Shown here piece by piece: positions 13,808-25,663 of a DNA stretch of 60,000 bases. The notes under the pieces were generated by a model. It did not search any database. It saw only the letters and a program-made list of their open reading frames with translations, and had not been told where the DNA came from. Every line of letters starts with the position of its first letter. Position 1 is the first letter of the stretch. Both the position numbers and the translations under genes were made by a program. This DNA comes from Mobula hypostoma (Eukaryota), in NCBI RefSeq assembly GCF_963921235.1, contig NC_086109.1:9488001-9548000 (forward strand), written 5' to 3'.

Positions 13808-15051
13808 CTGTAACAATAAGCAACAAGACAGATCACAATTTTTGCTAGGAAGTCAGAAAATATTTCTTTCTATAGGGTGCAGAGGATGGTGCCTGGATTA
13901 GGGAGCATATCTCATGAGGTTAGGTTGCATGAGATGGAGCTTTTCTCTCTGGCGTGGCAAGAGGAGACTTGATAGAAGTGTATAAGATGATAGATTGAGT
14001 GGACTGCCATAGATTTTGTTTCCCAGGACTTATAGATGATTGGAGGAAAGTATAGATGGATGTCAGGGGTAGGTATATTACACAGGGAGCGGTGGGTGCA
14101 TGGTAGAGACAGATACATTAGGGACATTTAAGAAGTTTTTAGGCTGGAGCATGGATGATAGATAAATGGAGGGAAGGGTTAGATTGATCTTAGAATAGGT
14201 TAAAAGATTGGGAAAACATTGTGGGCCAAAGGGTCTGTATTGTCCTGTACTGTTCTATGTTCTCTGTTGTAAATATATTCAGATAATTGTCTTAAACAAC
14301 TTGGTATCTTGTAGACAAGCTATGTATATGGGGGACACAGAAGCCTGAAGTCCCACACCACCAGGTTGAAAAACAGCTACCTACCTTCAACTGTTCAATT
14401 CTTAAGACCACTAACACCACCCCAATCATTACAGTTTAGAACCACCACGACTACTTTGACCACCTAACATTAAAACTGGATTTCTTCTTTTCTGATTATG
14501 CTTCCTTATAAATATTGTATATAATTTACGTAGCGTGGTGGCTAGCGCATCTCTTCACAGTGTTAGTTGTTAGATTGGGGTTTGATTCCTGCAGCTGTCC
14601 ATTAGGAGATTATATATTCTTCCCAATAACTATGTGGGTTTCCTCTGGGTGTTCTGATTTATCTTGTTACCTCTTATCTTGCTATTTCATGCTCGCTATT
14701 TATTGCTTTTTATTTATATCTGCATTTGCACAGTTGGTTGTCCATTGATTCTGTTTACAGTTACTGTTCTATAGATTTGCTAAGAATACCCACAGGGAGA
14801 AGATCTCTGGGTTGTATGCAGTGACATATATGTACTTTGAATTTTGAAAATATGTACATCCTTTGTATGTAATTTTGCTTTGAACTTCCCCCCACAGTCC
14901 AAAGACACAATTGCACGTATGCACAAATTAGGGTTAGTGAGTTGTGGGCATGCTAGATTGGCACCAGAAATGTAGTGATGCTTAGAATTACACAGCGTAA
15001 TCCTCACTGTACGTTCTCATGTTTTAGATGTACACGTGACAAATAAAACTA

Positions 15052-16153
15052 ATAGAACATAGAACATAGAACATAGAATAGAACAGCACAGTACAGGTCC
15101 TTCAGCCCACAATGTTGTGCCGTCCCTCAAACCCTATAAGCCCCCACCTTAAATTCCTCCATATACCTGTCTAGTAGTCTCTTAAACTTCACTAGTGTAT
15201 CTGCCTCCACCACTGACTCAGGCAGTGCATTCCATGCACCAACCACTCTCTGAGTAAAAAACCTTCCTCTAATATCCCCCTTGAACTTCCCACCCCTTAC
15301 CTTAAAGCCATGTCCCCTTGTATTGAGCAGTGGTGCCCTGGGGAAGAGGTGCTGGCTATCCACTCTATCTATTCCTCTTAATATCTTGTATACCTCTATC
15401 ATGTCTCCTCTCATCCTCCTTCTCTCCAAAGAGTAAAGCCCTAGCTCTCTTAATCTCTGATCATAATGCATACTCTCTAAACCAGGCAGCATCCTGGTAA
15501 ATCTCCTCTGTACCCTTTCCAATGCTTCCATAACCTTCCTATAGTGAGGTGACCAGAACCGGACACAGTACTCCAAGTGTGGCCGAACCAGAGTTTTATA
15601 GAGCTGCATCATTACATCGTGACTCTTAAACTCTATCCCTCAACTTATGAAAGCTAACACCCCATAAGCTTTCTTAACTACCCTATCCACCTGTGAGGCA
15701 ACTTTCAGGGATCTGTGGACATGTACCCCGAGATCCCTCTGCTCCTCCACACTACCAAGTATCCTGCCATTTACTTTGTACTCTGCCTTGGAGTTTGTCC
15801 TTCCAAAGTGTCCCACCTCACACTTCTCTGGGTTGAACTCCATCTGCCACTTCTCAGCCCACTTCTGCATCCTATCAATGTCTCCCTGCAATCTTTGACA
15901 ATCCTCTACACTATCTACAACACCACCAACCTTTGTGTCGTCTGCAAACTTGCCAACCCACCCTTCTACCCCCACATCCAGGTCGTTAATAAAAATCACG
16001 AAAAGTAGAGGTCCCAGAACAGATCCTTGTGGGACACCACTAGTCACAATCCTCCAATCTGAATGTACTCCCTCCACCATGACCCTCTGCCTTCTGCAGG
16101 CAAGCCAATTCTGAATCCACCTGGCCAAACTTCCCTGGATCCCGTGCCTTCTG
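15052..16153 (-). mobile_element. 5'-truncated CR1 LINE (RT C-terminal part)
   Basis: [10 protein letters not shown] and KFADDTK motifs; (TTCTATG)n tail. Confidence 0.92.
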
Positions 16154-16732
16154 AATCTTTAATCCTCTCTAATCGTTTATGTTTCACCTGTGACTGCTGC
16201 TTACCTGATGCTGTGTGCCTGGTGATGCTCCTGCAGGGAAGTTTTTCATCGCACCTGTGTGCACATATATTTGTGCAGATGGCAATGAAATCAACTTTAT
16301 ACTAATTACTGCAGTATGTACTGAGGCATGGATTGCTGTGTGTTCATATGAGCGAGGCTATCTCAGAATTGGAGGAGAGATTATCGGAGTTCTGACAATT
16401 TGCATATCACTTCTGTTGGATGAAAGTGACTGCAGGCTGTGTGTGAGAGAGATGTTTTCTACCTTCCAAGAATGCAACTTTAATCCGTTCTGCATTGCAA
16501 CAGGTTCAATTATATTCCCCTGAAAACTTCATTAATGCCTGATTTTCAGGGTCACAGTGTCTGTCACGGGAATACTCTTTGGGATTTGGTAAAGCAAAAA
16601 TAAATCAGTAGTTTTCCCTGCCCCATATCGAAACCTATTCACATTACAAATGTCATAAATATACTATCAACGTAAAGGAGTTTAATAAATACAGAATTAG
16701 AACTGCATCACGTGGAATTTATTTTGCTTCTA

Positions 16733-17189
16733 CGACGGGTAATTGGTAAGTTCGTGGCCTAAGGTAGAAGGAGTCAGTTTTAGAAAACCTAGCACATTTA
16801 TTTTTCAACATAGTCCCCTCCTACATTTACACACTTAGTCCAGCAGTCGTGGAGCATACAGATCTTGGACCCAGAAAGTGTCCACAGCAGGGGTGATTGA
16901 TAAGTTCGTGGCCTAAGGTAGAGGGAGATGAGTTATACAGCTCTCGTTACATGCACATGCAGTTCAATTCTTTGAGTGATCATGCAGAAAGTTTGAAGTT
17001 AATAACTCATCTCTTTCTACCTTAGGCCACAAACTTATCAATCACCCCTGATGAGTTATTAATTGATGAGTTATTAACTTCAAACTTTATGCATAATCAC
17101 TCAAAGCGTTGAACTGCATGTGTATGTAACGAGAGCTGTATAACTCATCTCCTTCTACCTTAGGCCACAAACTTATCAATCACCCCTCG
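16733..17189. mobile_element. Mariner-type fold-back MITE
   Basis: TA|CGA(G/C)GGG...CCCCTCG|TA ends; the TIR-like unit is repeated internally in both orientations. Confidence 0.75.
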
Positions 17190-17366
17190 TATACTTCACG
17201 GTGCCTCAGTAAAGCCTAGCCGGCGGAATCAAAGACTCTGGACATTCTCTCTTCTCCCCGCTCCTACTGGGCAAAAGATTAAAAAAAATCTGAAAGCACG
17301 TACCACCAGGCTCAAGGACGGCTTCGATCCCGCTGTTATAAGACTATTAAACGGTTCCCTGGTATG

Positions 17367-20300
17367 ATAGTAAAGGGGTCAGATAGGCGATTCTGTGGAT
17401 GCAGTCCAGAGACCCGGATGGTAGTTTGCCTCCCTGGTGCCAGGGTCCGGGATATTTCTGATCGTGTTCAAGATATCCTGAAGTGGGAGGGTGAGGAGCC
17501 AGAGGTCGTGGTACATATAGGTACCAATGACATAGGTAGGAAAAGGGATGAGGTCCTGAAAGGAGAATATAGGGAGCTAGGAAGCGAGTTGAGAAAAAGG
17601 ACTGCAAAGGTAGTAATCTTGGGATTACTGCCTGTGCCACGTGACAGTGAGAGTAAGAATGCGATGAGGTGGAGGATAAATGTGTGGCTGAGGGATTGGA
17701 GCAGGAGGCAGGGATTCAAGTTTTTGGATCATTGGGACCTCTTTTGGCGCAGGCATGACCTGTACAAATAGGACGGGTTACACTTGAATCCTAGGAGGAC
17801 CAATATCCTGGCAGGGAGATTAGCGAGGGCTACTGAGGTGACTTTAAACTAGAATGGTTGGAGGGTGGGAATCAAATTAAAGAGGCTAGGCGAGAGGAGG
17901 TTAGTTCACAACAGGGGGATGGGAACCACTGCAGAGAGACAGAGGGGTGTAAAGTGAGGATAGAAGCAAAAAGTAGTAAGGAGAAAAGTAAAAGTGGCAG
18001 GCTGACAAATCCAGGGCAAGCATCAAAAAGGGCCACTTTTCAACATAATTGTATAAGGGCTAAGAGAGTTGTAAAAGAGCACCTGAAGGCTTTGTGTGTC
18101 AATGCAAGGAGCATTCGTAACAAGGTGGATGAATTGAAAGTGCAGATTGTTATTAATGATTATGATATAGTTGGGATCACAGAGACATGCCTCCAGGGTG
18201 ACCAAGGATGGGAGCTCAACGTTCAGGGATATTCAATATTCAGGAGGGATAGACATGAAAGAAAAGGAGGTGGGGTGGCGTTGCTGGTTAAAGAAGAGAT
18301 TAACGCAATAGAAAGGAAGGACATAAGCCGGGAAGATGTGGAATCGATATGGGTAGAGCTGCATAACACTAAGGGACAGAAAACGCTGGTGGGAGTTGTG
18401 TACAGGCCACCTAACAGTAGTAGTGAGGTCGGAGATGGTATTAAACAGGAAATTAGAAATGTGTGCAATAAAGGAACAGCAGTTATAATGGGTGACTTCA
18501 ATCTACATGTAGATTGGGTGAACCAAATTGGTAAAGGTGCTGAGGAAGAGGATTTCTTGGAATGTATGCGGGATGGTTTTTTGAACCAACATGTCGAGGA
18601 ACCAACTAGAGAGCAGGCTATTCTAGACTGGGTTTTGAGCAATGAGGAAGGGTTAATTAGCAATCTTGTCGTGAGAGGCCCCTTGGGTAAGAGTGACCAT
18701 AATATGGTGGAATTCTTCATTAAGATGGAGAGTGACATAGTTAATTCAGAAACAAAGATTCTGAACTTAAAGAGGGGTAACTTTGAAGGTATGAGATGTG
18801 AATTAGCTAAGATAGACTGGCAAATGACACTTAAAGGATTGATGGTGGATATGCAATGGCAAGCATTTAAAGATTGCATGGATGAACTACAACAATTGTT
18901 CATCCCAGTTTGGCAAAAGAATAAATCAAGGAAGGTAGTGCACCCGTGGCTGACAAGAGAAATTAGGGATAGTATCAATTCCAAAGAAGAAGCATACAAA
19001 TTAGCCAGAAAAAGTGGCTCACCTGAGGACTGGGAGAAATTCAGAGTTCAGCAGAGGAGGACAAAGGGCTTAATTAGGAAGGGGAAAAAAGATTATGAGA
19101 GAAAACTGGTAGGGAACATAAAAACTGACTGTAAAAGCTTTTATAGATATGTAAAAAGGAAAAGACTGATAAAGACAAATGTAGGTCCCCTACAGACAGA
19201 AACGGGTGAATTGATTATGGGGAGCAAGAACATGGCAGACCAATTGAATAATTACTTTGGTTCTGTCTTCACTAAGGAGGACATAAATAATCTTCCAGAA
19301 ATAGTAGGGGACAGAGGGTCCAGTGAGATGGAGGAACTGAGCAAAATACATGTTAGTAGGGAAGTGGTGTTAGGTAAATTGAAGGGATTAAAGGCAGATA
19401 AATCCCCAGGGCCAGATGGTCTGCATCCCAGAGTGCTTAAGGAAGTAGCCCAAGAAATAGTGGATGCATTAGTGATAATTTTTCAAAACTCGTTAGATTC
19501 TGGACTAGTTCCTGAGGATTGGAGGGTGGCTAATGTAACCCCACTTTTTAAAAATGGAGGGAGAGAGAAACCGGGGAATTATAGACCGGTTAGCCTAACG
19601 TCGGTGGTGGGGAAACTGCTGGAGTCAGTTATCAAAGATGTGATAACAGCACGTTTGGAAAGCGGTGAAATCATCGGACAAAGTCAGCATGGATTTGTGA
19701 AAGGAAAATCATGTCTGACGAATCTCATAGAATTTTTTGAGGATGTAACTAGTAGAGTGGATAGGGGAGAACCAGTGGATGTGTTATATTTGGATTTTCA
19801 AAAGGCTTTTGACAAGGTCCCACACAGGAGATTAGTGTGCCAACTTAAAGCACACGGTATTGGGGGTAAGGTATTGATGTGGATAGAGAATTGGTTAGCA
19901 GACAGGAAGCAAAGAGTGGGAATAAACGGGACCTTTTCAGAATGGCAGGCAGTGACTAGTGGGGTACCGCAATGCTCAGTGCTGGGACCCCAGTTGTTTA
20001 CAATATATATTAATGACTTGGATGAGGGAATTAAATGCAGCATCTCCAAGTTTGTAGACGACACGAAGCTGGGCGGCAGTGTTAGCTGTGAGGAGGATGC
20101 TAAGAGGATGCAGGGTGACTTGGATAGGTCGGGTGAGTGGGCAAATTCATGGCAGATGCAATTTAATGTGGATAAATGTGAAGTTATCCACTTTGGTGGC
20201 AAAAATAGGAAAACAGATTATTATCTGAATGGTGGCCGATTAGGAAAAGGGGAGGTGCAACGAGACCTGGGTGTCATTATACACCAGTCATTGAAAGTGG

Positions 20301-20988
20301 GCATGCAGGTACAGCAGGCGGTGAAAAAGGCGAATGGTATGCTGGCATTTATAGCGAGAGGATTTGAGTACAGGAGCAGAGAGGTACTACTGCAGTTGTA
20401 CAAGGCCTTGGTGAGACCACACCTGGAGTATTGTGTGCAGTTTTGGTCCCCTAATCTGAGGAAAGATATCCTTGCCATAGAGGGAGTACAAAGAAGGTTC
20501 ACCAGATTGATTCCTGGGATGGCAGGACTTTCATATGAAGAAAGACTGGATGAACTGGGCTTGTACTCGTTGGAATTTAGAAGATTGAGGGGGGATCTGA
20601 TTGAAACGTATAAAATCCTAAAGGGATTGGACAGGCTAGATGCAGGAAGATTGTTCCCGATGTTGGGGAAGTCCAGAACGAGGGGTCACAGTTTGAGGAT
20701 AAGGGGGAAGCCTTTTAGGACTGAGATTAGGAAAATCTTCTTCACACAGAGAGTGGTGAATCTGTGGAATTCTCTGCCTCGGGAAACAGTTGAGGTCGGT
20801 TCATTGGCTATATTTAAGAGGGAGTTAGATATGGCCCTTGTGGCTACGGGGATCAGGGGGTATGGAGGGAAGGCTGGTGCAGGGTTCTGAGTTGGATGAT
20901 CAGCCATGATCATAATAAATGGCGGTGCAGGCTCGAAGGGCCGAATGGCCTACTCCTGCACCTATTTTCTATGTTTCTATGTTTCTAT
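17367..20988 (+). mobile_element. CR1 LINE, 5'-truncated within ORF1 (SGNH esterase-like fragment with in-frame stop), complete ORF2 and 3' tail
   Basis: ORF1 VHIGTND...DGLHLN; ORF2 APE plus RT; (TTTCTATG)n tail; interrupts an L2-like 3' end. Confidence 0.95.
17858..20890 (+). CDS. CR1 ORF2 (APE endonuclease + reverse transcriptase), open 1010-aa frame
   Basis: NARS, GITET, YRPP, GDFN, SDH, NYRPVSLT, DFQKAFD, FVDD motifs; true start uncertain. Confidence 0.85.
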   Translation: MEGGNQIKEARREEVSSQQGDGNHCRETEGCKVRIEAKSSKEKSKSGRLTNPGQASKRATFQHNCIRAKRVVKEHLKALCVNARSIRNKVDELKVQIVINDYDIVGITETCLQGDQGWELNVQGYSIFRRDRHERKGGGVALLVKEEINAIERKDISREDVESIWVELHNTKGQKTLVGVVYRPPNSSSEVGDGIKQEIRNVCNKGTAVIMGDFNLHVDWVNQIGKGAEEEDFLECMRDGFLNQHVEEPTREQAILDWVLSNEEGLISNLVVRGPLGKSDHNMVEFFIKMESDIVNSETKILNLKRGNFEGMRCELAKIDWQMTLKGLMVDMQWQAFKDCMDELQQLFIPVWQKNKSRKVVHPWLTREIRDSINSKEEAYKLARKSGSPEDWEKFRVQQRRTKGLIRKGKKDYERKLVGNIKTDCKSFYRYVKRKRLIKTNVGPLQTETGELIMGSKNMADQLNNYFGSVFTKEDINNLPEIVGDRGSSEMEELSKIHVSREVVLGKLKGLKADKSPGPDGLHPRVLKEVAQEIVDALVIIFQNSLDSGLVPEDWRVANVTPLFKNGGREKPGNYRPVSLTSVVGKLLESVIKDVITARLESGEIIGQSQHGFVKGKSCLTNLIEFFEDVTSRVDRGEPVDVLYLDFQKAFDKVPHRRLVCQLKAHGIGGKVLMWIENWLADRKQRVGINGTFSEWQAVTSGVPQCSVLGPQLFTIYINDLDEGIKCSISKFVDDTKLGGSVSCEEDAKRMQGDLDRSGEWANSWQMQFNVDKCEVIHFGGKNRKTDYYLNGGRLGKGEVQRDLGVIIHQSLKVGMQVQQAVKKANGMLAFIARGFEYRSREVLLQLYKALVRPHLEYCVQFWSPNLRKDILAIEGVQRRFTRLIPGMAGLSYEERLDELGLYSLEFRRLRGDLIETYKILKGLDRLDAGRLFPMLGKSRTRGHSLRIRGKPFRTEIRKIFFTQRVVNLWNSLPRETVEVGSLAIFKRELDMALVATGIRGYGGKAGAGF

Positions 20989-21239
20989 AAGACAGACCTT
21001 GGGCCTCACAATCGACCTCGTTATGATCTTACACATTATTGTCTACCTGCACTGCACTTCCTCTGTAACTGCCACACTTTATTCTGCATTGTTATTGCTT
21101 TACCTTGTTCTACCTCAATCCACTGTGCAACGCTTTGATCCACAGGAGCTATGTGCAGGACAAGCTTTTCGCTGTATCTCAGTACATGTGATAACAAAAA
21201 AACAATACCAATACTGCTTCCTCCTTGCTGCCTCTAAGC

Positions 21240-21319
21240 CAGGGGTTCCCAACCATTGTTGTGCCATGGATTCCTAACAGTAACTGAGGGATCTTTGGAC
21301 CCCAGGTTGGGAACCCCTG
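21240..21319. mobile_element. 80-bp hAT-type MITE
   Basis: Perfect 15-bp TIR CAGGGGTTCCCAACC; TSD not clear. Confidence 0.65.
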
Positions 21320-21338
21320 ATCTGAAGGACCTCTAAAT

Positions 21339-21727
21339 CAACACACACAAAATGCTGAAGAACTCAGAAGTCTCTTCGAGGGATGCCTACCCTGAAGAAG
21401 TTTAAATCTTCTCTTCAATGGGAGTCCAGTGATACACTTCCTTACTGCTCCCGCCCTCTGTGAGCTCTGCTGCCCTCTGACCCGTCGACCTTGTGCTCAC
21501 CCAGACCCACTACTACAGCCATGTACCCTTTCTGGAAACCTGTCTTCACCACCATCTTGTCTCACACGGCTTCCAGATCCGCTTTCGAGCTTCTCGATTC
21601 AGAACCTCTGAGGACCCCAGGTGCTCACATTCAACTGACTGCTTCTTTCTCGATGTTCTGAAGTTCCTCTTGCATTTTGTGTGTGTTGCTTTGGATTTCC
21701 AGCATCTGCAGATTTTCTTGTGTTTGT
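21339..21727 (+). mobile_element. Penelope-like fragment with inverted ends
   Basis: Terminal acacacacaaaatgctg and its inverse, with an internal coding-like segment HVPFLETCLHHHLV..GFQIRF. Confidence 0.5.
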
Positions 21728-23779
21728 AATTCTAAAGGAACTCAGGCAGTTTAAAAGTTTGGATGTTGTAGGAGCTAATTTGACACACAATTTATTGGTG
21801 GGAATTCTAAAACTTGAACAAAGCCACAATAAACATGCTTATATTTCAAGTTTATGCTAAGGACAAACTGCGCAGAAGGAAAGATCTCCGATTTTTCCTC
21901 TCCTTTTTCTATTGGCAATTTACCTCACAGTGGGCCTTGCACCTTGTTGTCTGCCTGCACTGCACTGCACTTTCTCTGTAACACTTGATTCTGCATACTC
22001 TTTTCCCCTCATACTCCCATTATGTACTTACATGTGGAATGATCTGTCTGGATGGCACAAAAACAAAAGCTTTTCACTGTACCTTGGTACACGTGACAGC
22101 AATAAACCAATTATCACTGCAAGACCAACCATGAAATTAGAAACCAAAGGTGAAAGAAAGATTAGCTTTATTGGCCACATGTGCAGTACCTCGAAACATA
22201 CCTTGAAATGCCTCGTTTCTGTCTGATCAAATCAGTAAAGGATACGAAATTATGAGGAGTATAGAGAGGGAAAATGCAAGCAGGCTTTTTCCACCGACCT
22301 TGGGTGGGACTACGACTAGAGGTCATGGGTCAGGGGTGAAAGGTGAGAGGTTTAAGGGAAACATGAGGAGAAACTTCTTCACTCAGAGGGTGATGTGAGT
22401 GTGGAATGATCTGCCAGTGCAAGTGGTGCATGCAAGCTTGATTTCAACGGTTAAGAGAAGCTTGGATAGGTACATGAATGGGAGGGTTAGGGAGGGCTAC
22501 AGTCCTGGTGCAGGTTGATGGGAGTAGGCAATTTAAATGGCTGAGCATGGACTAGTCGGGCCGAAGGGCCTGTTTCTGTGCCGTAGTTTTCTATGACTCT
22601 ATGATTATAGGATTGTGCTGGGCAGCCTTCAAGAGCTGCCATGCTTCTGACACCAACATAGCATGCCCACGACTCACTAACCCTGCCATATGACTTTGGA
22701 ATGGGGGGGAAAATGGAGCCCCTGGAGAATGTTCAGGGGGAGAACGTCCAGGCTCTTTAAGTCAGTGGCGGGAATTGAACTCCGATTGTCGATCGCTTGC
22801 TGATGCGCTAACACCTTTGCTACCGTGCTGTAAGAGGCATAGAGTGGCCAATGCCCTTTTTTAAGGGCAGCAATGACTAATGCAAGAGGGCAACATTTTA
22901 AGATTTTTGGAGGAAAGTGTAAGGGTTTTGTCGGAGGTAGGTTTTTTTTACACAGAGTGATAAGTGCATGAGGGCAGTACAACAGGAGGCTCTTAGATAC
23001 GCAAATGGGTGAAAGAGACATGGAAGGCTATGCACTAGATTGATCATGGGGTAGGTTAAAAGGTTGGTATAATATCATAGGCCAAAGGATTTGTGCTGTC
23101 ACGTACTGTTCTAAGTTCTATGCTCTTTCTTTTAAAATTAAGTATAATGCTCAATTATGTATGATTTATTAATTACTTCCCACTGGGTCTCTTCCTTCCC
23201 TTCCCCAATGGCGTACCCATCTCTCCTATCAGATTCCTTCTTCTCCAATCCTTGACCTTCCCCACTCACTTGGCTTCACCTATCACCTTCCTACTGGCCT
23301 CCTTCCCCTCCCCTCACTTTTTTATTCAGGCATGGACCCCCCTCCCCCTTCCCTCTCAGTCCCGAAGAAAGGTCTCGGCCTAAAACGTCGCCTGTGTGCT
23401 CTTATCCATAGATGCTGACTAACCTGTCGAGATCCTCCAGCATTTTGTGTGTGTAGTTTTGGATTTCCAGCATCTGCAGGTTTGCTTGTGTCTATAATTT
23501 AAGTTTTTCTTGTGATTGGAGACTGAAATGGTGCTCTGTGCCTGAGGTGCTGCTAACAGTTAAGCTTTTCAGTTCACCTAGTGTATACAGCAATAAATTC
23601 AACTGAGGAATAAACATAGCTTGCATATCCCTCCCCATAGATGCTGACTGACCTGTTGAGTTCCTCCTGCGTTTTGTGTGTGCAACTTTGAATTTTGTTC
23701 TTCCATCCAGGAAAAAATGCATCCAATGATATCTACATTTCAGAAGAAAGGATAAATGTATTCTAAATGTAGCTCTTAC

Positions 23780-23838
23780 CTGATAAGACATTCAGAGAGC
23801 TGAATGCAGGCAAACTCAAGGAGCAGCCACTTTATCAT
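23780..23838 (-). pseudogene. Paralog exon 1 (MIKWLLLEFACIQLSECLI-R)
   Basis: 59 bp, AG|GTAAGA donor, similar to exon 1 of the + strand gene. Confidence 0.85.
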
Positions 23839-25504
23839 CTTCCCCAATTCAGTAGAAGCACTCATGTCAGATACTTCTGTGACCAGCTGCGAAGAACGTG
23901 GCCCATGCTCCTGGTTTTACAATGGTCAGGAGCAATCCTTATCCGTTGTCTGTAGATTCTGACAGAAGATAAGAAGAAAGTAACAGTTTCACAATCAGAA
24001 AATACTCTGTGTAATGACCAAGTTAAAAAATATTACCTCCAATTAAACAACAAGTATTGGAATAATGGTTTATCAACAATTCGTACATTTGTGAGTGATA
24101 ATGAATTAATAAGCCTATTTACTGTCCAATTTAAAATTAATTTGGCTAGTACTGATAGTAAATGTTAAGTAATTTATTAATTGAGTCATGTGAATCAAAA
24201 GGAGTGTTTCTAATTTTATTTGAGGTTTTCCTTTTGACATCTGTGGCGAGATTTACTTACTGCCCAATACACAGCTGGTGTTTAGAGCAGCAATGAAGGT
24301 CCTCCGTCTCTGGGGGTGTTCAGGGCTTCCTTCATCACGTCAGTAACTTCCTCTCAGTTTTCACTACTGGCAGTCATGCAAGTCCTACTCAGGAATAGCA
24401 TCACACTCAGATATAGAAGGATTCTTCATTGCTGTTTCTGTAACAGTTTTGTTTTACCAGTCAGGGTTGTTAGCCCTGAGCTGAACCACCAAACCTGGAA
24501 GACCTGTGGACCACTCTTATTTTGGCCTCTACCCTTTGACCTGTCTGGCATGGGTGACCCTACCAACACCCAAAGCATAAAGCCCTGACTCCAGCCAGCA
24601 TAGCTCTCTGAGTCATTGAGGCACACGAGCCTCCAATCCACAACAAGGTTGTAGCTCTCTTGGAGGAACTGTGGAACGAGAAGCGGAGATAATGGCTCAG
24701 ATCCAAGGTCCTTCATTAGAATTCATACAGAAGACAAAAAAAAATCATTTGGTTTTGATACTTATTTCTACTTTGGTCTTAGTTTCATATGATCCATCTC
24801 TGACTCCTACTTGTGATTCTGTCTCCATCTAGTGGATGGGCTAATGACAAATATCCATTATATTCATATCTTTCTTTATTCAGTTCCATGCTCCATGCTT
24901 TCCTGTCAGATCCCATCATCTGCAATCCTTGTCATCTCCACCCATCAGCTCCCAGTTTTTGTCAATATTCTCACTCTCCCGTCCTTCATCCGCCTCTCAC
25001 CCCGCTCAGCTGGATCCACCTATCAGCTACCAGGCCTTGCTCTACCCCTTCAGTCCTTTACTGTACCTCTTTATACTGGTTACCTCTCCTCTGTCTTTCA
25101 GTTCAGGTGAAGGGTCTCAACCAGCAAAACTGACTGTCTATTTCCCTCCACAGACACTGCCTGACCTCGAGTTTGTCCAGCAACTCACTTTTTGCTCCAA
25201 ATTCAAGCTTCTGCAGTCTCTTGTGCTTCCGTTACAAGGCCCCAGACTCTCATCTTCACTCTATTTACTCCTGTGCTGCATCTTGTAAGGATTCCACTCC
25301 ATTCTCCCAGTCCCTCTCTTTTTGTTATGTCAGTGTTGATGTTAAGGCTTTCCAGACAGGTAATCCTGGGACAGTCTTCCTGAACTGTATCTCTCCTCCA
25401 CTTCAAAAGGATTCAGAAAATGCTCAAAGCAGACAGCATCTATGCAAAGGGGGAGAACGTCCGAGTGGACTCTGAGTGGAGTCATCGGGACACTGTCATG
25501 ACCG

Positions 25505-25663
25505 TGTTTTTTTAGCAGGCTTTCTTACTTTTACGAGGCCGAGTTGCTAGCTGGACGCTCAACGCAGCACGGATGGAAAACGTGCAAGGGAGCCGGCTGG
25601 ATTCGAACTCAGAAGCCTTCGCTCCGAAGTCCGGCGCTGATGCCACTATGCCACCAGCCGGCC
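25505..25663 (-). mobile_element. Short tRNA-derived SINE
   Basis: On the - strand: TGGCATAGTGG A box, GTTCGAATCC B box, A-rich tail. Confidence 0.7.

Noticed and set aside
18223..18999. 258-aa minus-strand ORF and other antisense ORFs over CR1, Gypsy and Penelope elements
   Set aside because: Antisense shadows of TE coding sequence
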